Assembly (NCBI GenBank): GCA_938045545.1
Contig: CALIBN010000024.1
Span: 6,274 to 70,273, forward strand
Origin: an uncultured archaeon
GTDB lineage: Archaea > Thermoproteota > EX4484-205 > JAAOZP01
Direction of reading: 5' to 3'
DNA length: 64,000 bases
The notes beneath the pieces were generated by a model, which worked only from the letters and a program-made list of their open reading frames with translations, had not been told where the DNA came from and did not search any database. The translations under genes were made by a program, and so were the position numbers. This document shows, one piece after another, positions 56,277 through 64,000 of this stretch. Within the stretch, counting starts at the first letter, position 1, and each line of letters starts with the position of its first letter.

Positions 56277-57650
56277 CTACTTGTAATGCCGCCGCATCTC
56301 CTCGTGATAGGGGATTGAAAGAATATCTTCTAAAAGTCCCCTAGCCTGCTCCTCGCTCCTAGTCCAAGGATCCATCTCAATTAGCTCCAGCAGCCTCTCC
56401 CTGCTTCCACTCTCGTATGCTTCAAGCTCCACCTCTACGGGCGCCACCCTGTCTCTCAGAATGTAAGCAGTCAAGGGTTTCGGCAGCCCTCTGGCCCTGA
56501 TCCCGTGAACCCCCGTCCCGCTCACTTCAGCTTTCACCTCAACCTCGAAGTCGCTGGGAACACCCGGCACAAGCCCCTCTGAATTAACAATGTTAACCTG
56601 GAACACTCTGGGAATATTGCAGGCTATGGACTCTATAATGGGTATGATTATCTCACCCGATTTCTCGGCGGGGAAAACGCTCGTAACCTTTTTAGAAGCG
56701 TCTAAGGATACTTTTAATATTTTCTCCACGGTTTCCCTGTTGTATGTGAAGAAGCCCTCCCACCAAGACTCGGGATCCTCCCTCCATCTTCTCTCCGTCT
56801 CCCTATCCGTATGGTACCACCATGGCCATGAGCCCCCGCCTGGAGTACAAGTGTCCCCAACCGGGAAAACTCCAAACCTCCTGTAGAGGTCGAAAGCCTT
56901 GGGGCCGAGGTCGCTGCTGAAACCTACTCTTTCCCAATGTTTCCCAGCTTCCTTGGCGATCCACTCGTCCAGCAGCGGGAGGACGTCCCTATCCTCGTAA
57001 GTAAGGCTTACCAGCCATATGAAATGGTTTACTCCGGGCGCGTCGAAACCTATACTGTTCGCATCGAGCCCAAGTAGGCCGGCAACCCGGTATACTCCGC
57101 TAAAGCCGTGGCATAGGCCAATGGTTTTAACTCTACTATGCCTCCTGCCCAGGTATGTAACTCCGGCTAGAACAGGGTTCGCCAGCTGAATATGCCAGGC
57201 TTCAGGACACTCCTCAAGAATATCCTCCATCAAGGAGTCGAAGAACCTGAGCTGGTAGAAGTTTATCCAGAATGCTTCATCATGCATTATGTGGAGGCTT
57301 CCGCCAAACCTGTACCCCCGTCTCCGGGCTATCGACCAGCCTTCCCTAAGCCTAGCGTAACCGGCTGTGAGCACAGTGTTTACGACGAAATCGGCTTCCC
57401 TCAGGGATTCCCGCCGGTTGAGAGTCTTCTCAATCCTCAGCCTGCTTCCGGTTTCCTCAGCATACTTTCTGCAAATCGCGTACACGGCGTCAAGCCTCTC
57501 CCTGTTTACATCCATCAGGCTGACAGTGCTTCCAGACAGGCTGGGTGTTAAACACAGGTCTTTAATCAGGCTTATAGAGAAGACTGCGCTACCCGCCCCT
57601 ATTAAGCTGATTTTAACGTTAACCATCTCCTGTCTCACTCTCCAAGACAT
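56277..57650 (-). CDS. Glycoside hydrolase family 4 (NAD-dependent alpha-glycosidase)
   Basis: IGAGSAVF, ANPV, GLCHG, GVNHFIW. Confidence 0.92.
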   Translation of the reverse strand: MSWRVRQEMVNVKISLIGAGSAVFSISLIKDLCLTPSLSGSTVSLMDVNRERLDAVYAICRKYAEETGSRLRIEKTLNRRESLREADFVVNTVLTAGYARLREGWSIARRRGYRFGGSLHIMHDEAFWINFYQLRFFDSLMEDILEECPEAWHIQLANPVLAGVTYLGRRHSRVKTIGLCHGFSGVYRVAGLLGLDANSIGFDAPGVNHFIWLVSLTYEDRDVLPLLDEWIAKEAGKHWERVGFSSDLGPKAFDLYRRFGVFPVGDTCTPGGGSWPWWYHTDRETERRWREDPESWWEGFFTYNRETVEKILKVSLDASKKVTSVFPAEKSGEIIIPIIESIACNIPRVFQVNIVNSEGLVPGVPSDFEVEVKAEVSGTGVHGIRARGLPKPLTAYILRDRVAPVEVELEAYESGSRERLLELIEMDPWTRSEEQARGLLEDILSIPYHEEMRRHYK

Positions 57651-58057
57651 GTTACGACTAGTCTTCTACTCCTTGGCCTAACGTCGAGCTCTATGAATAC
57701 CACTTGCTGCCACGTGCCGAGTCTGAGGGCACTATCCTTTATCGGAATGGTTATGCTCGGTCCAATTATAGATGCTCTCACGTGAGAATGCCCATTCCCG
57801 TCGCGCCAAGTCTTCTCATGCTCGTATTCAGCGCTCCTAGGGGCCACTCTCTCCAGAGCATTCGGCAAATCCTTAAGCAAGCCGGGCTCATACTCTATAG
57901 TCGTCACGGCTCCCGTGGACCCTGGTATGAAAACATTAGCAATACCGTTTTTAATACCGGTTTTAGAAACTATCTTCTCAATTTCACCCGTAATGTCCAC
58001 AATGTCAAGCTCCCCGCTGGTCTTTATCCCAAGCTCCGTCTCAACCACGATCAACAT
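57635..58057 (-). CDS. yjbQ: YjbQ (UPF0047) protein
   Basis: DGNGHSHVRAS, LGTWQQV..ELD. Confidence 0.92.
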   Translation of the reverse strand: MLIVVETELGIKTSGELDIVDITGEIEKIVSKTGIKNGIANVFIPGSTGAVTTIEYEPGLLKDLPNALERVAPRSAEYEHEKTWRDGNGHSHVRASIIGPSITIPIKDSALRLGTWQQVVFIELDVRPRSRRLVVTCLGE

Positions 58058-58309
58058 TCACCACCGTTTAAGCGGAGAAACCAGTATTTCTTAAGCTTGT
58101 TTGGCTCAGGGCTTGAGATAAGCAAGGCTATTCCCACTATGTTCCAGTAGGGCAGCGTATCCTGTGAAAACTGTTTCCCACGGGTTCTGTGCTGATATTT
58201 GGACAAATTATCCGGTAAATATTTTTCTTTTCAAACATTTTTTAAAGGTTGAGTCTGTTCGTAGGCAGAGTTATGAAACAATCTTAATTAAAGATTTTTC
58301 TTAATTTTC

Positions 58310-58618
58310 TTGGAGCACCAGGGGATGGAGCCCGATCCCGATGGCCTGAAGGAAAGATTCATGGAAGGATTAGCGTTCTCTCTGCTCATAGTCCTTTTAA
58401 CAAATGTTTTCTCATTCTTTTTAACGATCGGGAGCAGGGAGGACTTTGATTCTCCCCCCGCCCCTTTTCTGAAGGAAGAATCATCACCCTTAATAGGTCC
58501 AAGTGCCGGCAATGCTGGCGGTGAAAAGCCAGAATCCGGGGAAGGGCTCCTCACTCACTCTCTTTCAACAAGTCGCGAAAATTCGACGAGCCAAGAATAC
58601 TCGCCGTTCGGCAGATGA
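58310..58618 (+). CDS. Possible small single-TM hypothetical protein
   Basis: One hydrophobic helix; no motif; may be spurious. Confidence 0.3.
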   Translation: MEHQGMEPDPDGLKERFMEGLAFSLLIVLLTNVFSFFLTIGSREDFDSPPAPFLKEESSPLIGPSAGNAGGEKPESGEGLLTHSLSTSRENSTSQEYSPFGR

Positions 58619-58838
58619 ACCCATATTCAAATCCAGTACAATATGTCTTATTGAAGGGATAGGCTGCGTGACTACTTGCGGCTGTAGCTAAACCCTATTC
58701 ATCAAGGGCTGGAAAAACGTGGAGCAATAGGCGTAAAACCCGGCTTAACAGGCTGGAAAATGCGGATACCTCTGTTTTTAGCTATTTAAAGTATTGTAAA
58801 ACAATGTTTAAACCCCTCTCCCCAGACTGGTAAGACAG

Positions 58839-60404
58839 ATGGAGGGGAGGAATAGCATAAGGATTAATTTGGCGGCAGCATTCTCACTCCTATTGGTAAT
58901 AGGCTTTTTCCAGTGGAGCAGCTTAAAGGTGGAGCAGGCGTCAGGGTGGAATAGCACAGTAGTATACCTAGACTGGAACGCTAGGCTCATGATTACTCTG
59001 GTCGCTGAAGACGGGAGGCCTTTGGAGAAAGCGTGGGTGTACGTTGTCGACGCTTACACCGGGGAGAACGTTACCGCGGCGATGACAGATGACTACGGGC
59101 ATGCTGGGACACTCGTCGTGGGAGCGGGCAACGCTGCTGAACACTTGAAGATCGAGCCCGGCGACAGGGTTGACATAGGTTTCAACCTTCTCAGAGGATG
59201 GTACTGGGTCGACGAGCACAAGAGGCTTACAGGTGAGCCGGTAAACCCCGATTGGGACCCTGTTTCAAACAATGTTCCCCCGCAGCCCGTTGGAGGCGAG
59301 TATATTCAACACGTATCTTTCAACGGCAGGTCGGGATGGGCAAGGTTCTACGGGAAATACTACGTCGTAGTTTACTATAAGCCCGCTGGTTGCAGCAGTG
59401 TCCTTGGTCCAGTTTCCTCGGTAGTGGTGTTCGACAGCTACACTGCCGAAGCCCAGCACCAGTACATATACCTGGGCATACATCCCGAGTCTTACGCCGC
59501 TACCTCTGAATACGGTGTCTCGCAGGCTAAAATATTCAGGGCTAACGTTGGCGACATGGTTATGTCTTTCAACGATGCTAATGGTAGGCCGTTGAAAAAT
59601 GTTCGCGTCGTGCTTGAGGAATGGGGTTTAAGCGGTTTTACGGACGAGTCTGGAACCCTGCTTTTCGAGAGGATGCCAAGGATAAGCTACCGGCTTACTG
59701 CTGAATGGGTGAGCAGGTATGGCAGCAAGGCTGTCGTGAAGACAACTGTAACGGAAGACACCTTGATAGTAATGCCCATCTACGACATTGTTTTAAGACT
59801 ACTGTCTCCGAGGGGCAGGCCCTTGACTACTGCCGATGTTTACCTTGAAGAAGTATACTTGGGTAAGGCTGATGCTAATGGTGAAGTCCTGGCGACACAG
59901 GTTCCGTCTGGGAACTACACGGTGTCGGCTAAATGGTTTAACTCAAGCCTCGTGTTTCGGAAAATAGGGGTTGCGACAGGCGGTGAAATAACCTTGACGC
60001 CTTCAAACGTGCACAGTCTAACCGTAATGGTGAGGGGTGCTCAGGGACAGGCTTTGGAGGGCGCTGGCGTCGTGATTATGAAGAATGGTTTTGAGCTTGC
60101 CAGGGTTCTCACGGATAAGGGTGGCAACGCTGAGGTTGAGCTGCCTGATGGAGAGTACACCGTAAAGGTTTCATACGGTCAATTCCAAGGGGAAGAACAG
60201 GTTTCGCTCACTCGCGACAGCTTCGCCAGGTTCCAGCTAGACGTGTTCGTAGAGCTCCTAGGGGTTGGAATGACTCTTTCCCAAACCATTCTCCTGATAC
60301 TAGCCTTTATGATACTGGTCATCGCTATAGCGATAATACTGCACGAGTACCATGTTTACAGGAGGAAGAGGCTTCCGCAGTTATTTGTCAAGGCTCCAAA
60401 GTAA
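58839..60404 (+). CDS. Surface protein with carboxypeptidase-regulatory-like (prealbumin-fold) repeats
   Basis: Signal peptide; repeated G.PL..A.V...TD..G...P.G.Y units; C-terminal TM plus RRKR. Confidence 0.8.
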   Translation: MEGRNSIRINLAAAFSLLLVIGFFQWSSLKVEQASGWNSTVVYLDWNARLMITLVAEDGRPLEKAWVYVVDAYTGENVTAAMTDDYGHAGTLVVGAGNAAEHLKIEPGDRVDIGFNLLRGWYWVDEHKRLTGEPVNPDWDPVSNNVPPQPVGGEYIQHVSFNGRSGWARFYGKYYVVVYYKPAGCSSVLGPVSSVVVFDSYTAEAQHQYIYLGIHPESYAATSEYGVSQAKIFRANVGDMVMSFNDANGRPLKNVRVVLEEWGLSGFTDESGTLLFERMPRISYRLTAEWVSRYGSKAVVKTTVTEDTLIVMPIYDIVLRLLSPRGRPLTTADVYLEEVYLGKADANGEVLATQVPSGNYTVSAKWFNSSLVFRKIGVATGGEITLTPSNVHSLTVMVRGAQGQALEGAGVVIMKNGFELARVLTDKGGNAEVELPDGEYTVKVSYGQFQGEEQVSLTRDSFARFQLDVFVELLGVGMTLSQTILLILAFMILVIAIAIILHEYHVYRRKRLPQLFVKAPK

Positions 60405-60494
60405 ATGCCTGAAATCTTTTTTATGCATGTTCAAAGTTTTCTTACACGAGTGGAAAAATTTGAGCTCTAAAATGTTTGCCTCTTCTTATGCTAC

Positions 60495-60993
60495 TTAAAA
60501 GGAGACATTAATGGGTGTTGCTGTTCTCATCCTCGGCAGCAGCGCTATCGCCTCTCCCAACCCGAGCTCCTGTAGCTTCAGCCTCTGCTCCTAGCTTAGG
60601 TGTATCGTATCAGCAATCTTTTCAACCTCGCTCTCAATACTGTTAAGGGCCTCTGGTATATTGGCCAAACCGATTCCCCGAACTTCCTCATCTCCTTAAG
60701 CATCTTCTCAACTATGGTCTCCTGCCCTTCGAATTTGGCTGGGACGATGTTGGGCCTTCTCGCAGACTATGACGTGCGGCAAACCTCCGTCAGGCTTCCT
60801 CCTCCTATAATCGTAAACCCGCTTAAGCATCATCCACGTAAATATGTTTGCATCCTTATCAGTATCCATGTAAGTCAAAAAATTACCATGTCTGAGAGGA
60901 GCCTCTCCATCATGCCCTCCTGCTCGCCGACAGTATCGAATACCTTTTCGATGCTTCCTCGGGTTAACTTGCTCAGCCTTCCTACCAGTGAGC
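60495..60993 (-). pseudogene. C-terminal fragment of the HerA/VirB4-like ATPase
   Basis: DANIFTWMMLKRVYDY...LPHVIVCE...LPRMRTATPI with frameshifts. Confidence 0.85.
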
Positions 60994-61018
60994 ACACCTT
61001 TCCACATATAAAGGCGAC

Positions 61019-61062
61019 CGTGCGCCACCCGTATTCCGTCCGCGTGCCATCTGAGCGCCATC
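61019..61062 (-). repeat. Array C: four decayed 11-bp repeats (counterpart of array A)
   Basis: Minus strand GATGGCGCTCA GATGGCACGCG GACGGAATACG GGTGGCGCACG. Confidence 0.75.
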
Positions 61063-61098
61063 GGAATGTCTATATACCGTCCATCTGTTTAAGATAAT

Positions 61099-61250
61099 TG
61101 GGAGCTGCGGAGGAGCGTGAAACAAGGAGTTTTCGAAGAGGCATCCTGGTCCGTTTTGTAGTGGCTAAAGCCCGCCTTTAATTGGGCATAGGCCACGCGT
61201 GTTTTCGCTAAAACACTAGCGTTAGCTAGGACTATCGCTCCAAGCTCCCG
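61099..61250 (+). ncRNA. Second full copy of the structured tnpB leader
   Basis: TGGGAGC...GCTCCCG after TATATA; homologous to 15280-15430. Confidence 0.65.
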
Positions 61251-61533
61251 GGAGGTGGTATAGAATGTCTTCTCTGGAATCAGAGAATAGAAGAATAGAG
61301 GTAACTATATTATAGTAGAAAAACGATGAAGATCCTGGGGCTGAGCGAGAAGGAGGGAAAGGCATGAGTACGAGAATTTCCAGCGATACTTGCAGGGCGA
61401 CGAACCGGGAACTCCTCACTAGGAGATGTCAAAGGAGGAAAATTAACGAATTATTGAGAAGCTAATTCTGAAATAATCGTGTTGAAAAGCCGGACTAAAG
61501 CTTTTTATATTAACTGTAATGCCTATATTGGCT

Positions 61534-61786
61534 ATGAGTACTATATCTGTGACTGAAGATGTGGAAAAAGGCTCTGCTAAAAATAGCTTCCGAACTCCAG
61601 TTGAAATGGGGGAGAAGAGTGGATTTGAACGAAGCCATAAGGTATTTAATTGCTAGAGGAGTTAAACGACCAGACTTATTGGAACGGGCTTGTCAACCGA
61701 TTCCAGGTTTTGAGGAAGCCTATAAGGAGTTAAAGGGGGAAAGGGCGAAAGATGAGGAAAGGGCTTGCGGGAAGTTTAGCCTTTGA
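61534..61786 (+). pseudogene. Frameshifted VapB-type antitoxin
   Basis: MSTISVTEDV from ATG 61534 continues as KKALLKIASELQ only after a frameshift near 61563. Confidence 0.7.
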
Positions 61787-62184
61787 CGCGAGCGTACTTC
61801 TAGAGCTTTTATACTCCACCCCCACACGGTTCAAAATTGAAGGAGGCTATTAAAAGCGAAACGGTTTATGGAAACATATCTGAACTATGTGTCGCAGAAG
61901 TAGGATATGTCCTTTGTAGGAAGCTAGGCGGTGGGGAAGCCAGAGTCAGGATCAAAAACCTACTGGACTCAGGCTATTTTTTCGTACACGATGATTCCGA
62001 GCTTATCGAGCATGCTGCAGAATACAAGTGTAAAAGAAGACTTTCCTTGGCTGATTGCTTTACCTTGGCTCTAGCTAAGAAAATAGATGCGCCCGCCCTC
62101 TTCGCTAGGAGGGAGGCCGAATTAATCAAAGAAATTTCAAGCGAGCCTTTTGATGTAGAAATCCTGTTCTTGGAGGACTTTTAG
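61752..62184 (+). pseudogene. vapC: Frameshifted PIN-domain VapC toxin
   Basis: MRKGLAGSLAFDASVLLE from ATG 61752 is out of frame with LSLADCFTLALA in the 61837 ORF. Confidence 0.75.
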
Positions 62185-62711
62185 CGGGAATCTTGCCTAC
62201 CTGTTCAAACCTTATCGTTCACTAGGGTGCATTATAGAGTGATGAGCCGCCGGAGAAGAAAAAGCGATATGAATTTCATATGAGGGATGCTGGCAATCAT
62301 TCTAATGTTTCTCGTTATTGCCATCCGTCTTCTCACTACCCGTGTTATTAAGCGGATAGTGGGAGCGCTGCTATGTTTCTTGGGTTTGAAATAATTGAAA
62401 AAATGGACATAAGAGAAGGGGATAAGCTCATAGTCGAGGTTACTGAAAATTCTCCCGGTGCCAGGTTCTGCTCTGAATGCGGTTCAAAGCTTTAAACCGT
62501 AGTGTCTTTTCAAAAAGTTACTTACAATATGTTTTTCCGAAAGCTTTTTCACATTAGGGATATTGTTAATGTCGTTTTTAAACCATCTTGTCGGAAAACG
62601 CCTGTATGAAAAATCATGTCGAGAATTGTAATTTAGAAATGTCGAGCATAGTAAAAAAATACGTTTAGCGAAAAGTATATATTTGGAGCATTCACAAGTT
62701 AAGAATGAAAA

Positions 62712-63335
62712 ATGGACCCGTTGGACAAGCTGGATTTAGAGATACTCCGCATACTGTGCAGCAACCCTAAGCAGAGCTATCGTGACATCGCTAAGCGTCT
62801 CGAAGTGTCAGACCGAACGATCGCCCGCAGGATAAACAGGATGGAGAACGATGGCGTAATACTGGGCTACCAGCCTGTTTTAAGCGACTACGCTAGGAGC
62901 CTCCTGTTCAGCTCGAACGAGACTGTTGAGTTCAAGTTTTCACCCATGGAGTGGAGCGAGTTTGAAAAGTCCTTCAAAACAATGTATTACAGCGCCTCAG
63001 ACGTCATATTATTCTACGCTGGGAAGGGGGTTGGAAAAGCATTGATGGAGGAGATCAAGGAGATGACTGGCGGCAAAACTTCTGTTGAAGACTTTTTAAC
63101 AAACCTTTCAAAAATATGTGTTCTAAGAGGGTGGGGCGGCGTTCTCTTTGAAAGAGTGGGAAACGGGGCGATAAAGGCTACTTTAAACAACCTCAGGATA
63201 AACCGTTTCATGTTCAGAGGCGTTCTGACACAGCTGCTCGAAACCCTGACGGGGGGAAGCGTAGAAATATCATCCTTAACCGAGGACAGCAGCGTCATAC
63301 TGATGAAGTTCTCGGAAATACTTTCGGAGGTTTGA
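62712..63335 (+). CDS. AsnC-type HTH fused to a V4R-like ligand domain
   Basis: LDKLDLEIL...SYRDIA...; ILFYAGKGVG, RGWG, FMFRGVL. Confidence 0.75.
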   Translation: MDPLDKLDLEILRILCSNPKQSYRDIAKRLEVSDRTIARRINRMENDGVILGYQPVLSDYARSLLFSSNETVEFKFSPMEWSEFEKSFKTMYYSASDVILFYAGKGVGKALMEEIKEMTGGKTSVEDFLTNLSKICVLRGWGGVLFERVGNGAIKATLNNLRINRFMFRGVLTQLLETLTGGSVEISSLTEDSSVILMKFSEILSEV

Positions 63336-63340
63336 GAAAC

Positions 63341-64000
63341 ATGGAGAGAGTACCCTTCGGCATAGGCGAGCTCGACGGCCTCATAGAGGGGGGAGTGCCT
63401 AGGGGCGGGCTGATCATCGTCGCCGGGAACGCTGGAGTAGGCAAAACCATTCTCTCAGCCCAGTTCATATACAACGGGGCGTCGCGATACGGTGAGAAGG
63501 GCATCTACATCTGCATGAGCGAGACAGGGGAGCATTTTAAAGCCGACATGGCCAGCCTAGGGTGGGACTTTGCAAAACTTGAGGAGAAAAGCATGGTTAA
63601 GATAGTTGAGTTCCCAACGATGGCTAAGATTGGCGTTGAAGACGTTGTAAGCCTAATAGTGGACGAGGCGAGGAAGTTTAAGGCCGAGAGGGTTGTCGTA
63701 GACTCTGTTTCAGCCCTAAACATGGCTTTAAGCAGGAAATCCGAGGTTAGAGCGGTCGTAAACCTTCTAGCCAGAATGCTGAAAAACCTCGGCTGCACAA
63801 CGATAATGGTCACCGAAAACCCATGGGGGAGCAAGGGAATAGGCCTTGGCGTTGAGGAATTCGTATCCGACGGAATCATAATAATGGAGTCAGTCGTGGT
63901 TGGAAACAGGCTTGACAAGAGGCTCATGATACTCAAGATGAGGGGTACAAACCATGACACCAGGTATTACCGGCTCCACGTCGACAAGGGCTCAGGAATA
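63341..64000 (+). CDS. KaiC/RAD55-like RecA-superfamily ATPase (runs off window end)
   Basis: MERVPFGIGELDGLIEGGVPRG, GNAGVGKT, VVVDS, EFVSDGII, LKMRGT. Confidence 0.9.
   Translation, partial: MERVPFGIGELDGLIEGGVPRGGLIIVAGNAGVGKTILSAQFIYNGASRYGEKGIYICMSETGEHFKADMASLGWDFAKLEEKSMVKIVEFPTMAKIGVEDVVSLIVDEARKFKAERVVVDSVSALNMALSRKSEVRAVVNLLARMLKNLGCTTIMVTENPWGSKGIGLGVEEFVSDGIIIMESVVVGNRLDKRLMILKMRGTNHDTRYYRLHVDKGSGI

Larger units (their letters stand above)
60495..61431 (+). mobile_element. Cassette copy 4 remnant: ATPase C-terminus, decayed array, full leader, internally deleted tnpB, right end
   Basis: Collinear homology with 14174-18694; ends in GATGTCA. Confidence 0.82.

Noticed and set aside
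62443-62494. Zinc-ribbon peptide TENSPGARFCSECGSKL as a gene
   Set aside because: No start codon and the first Cys pair is missing; only a remnant
63295-63960. Minus-strand ORFs 63295-63504 and 63505-63960, like many other short antisense ORFs in the track
   Set aside because: They are shadows of well-supported opposite-strand genes, here the KaiC-like ATPase

Overview
Archaeal (TACK/Thermoproteota-like, inferred from crenactin plus arcadin-2, class II HMG-CoA reductase, XPD and a box C/D sRNA) chromosomal window of mostly housekeeping, carbohydrate and surface-protein genes. The main discovery is a cassette present in four diverged copies: one intact at 14174-18694 and three internally deleted or frameshifted at 6445-9577, 19842-20378 and 60495-61431. 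The intact copy has an IS200/IS605-type right end with omega-RNA, a TnpB with a rearranged RuvC-II, a ~150-nt covarying structured leader, a divergent membrane-anchored winged-helix gene flanked by inverted arrays of 11-bp repeats placed just upstream of the tnpB and ATPase TATA boxes, and a HerA/VirB4-like ATPase. No transposase is encoded in the window, and three of the four right ends land on or 3 nt from the stop codon of a convergent host gene. Also seen: a box C/D sRNA with a guide complementary to the 16S anti-Shine-Dalgarno end, a MenAT1-like toxin-antitoxin pair, a doubly frameshifted vapBC, a SufU with a probable ACG start, and several pseudogenes. No tRNA, rRNA or CRISPR array was recognised. 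All calls come from reading motifs by eye; no searches were run.
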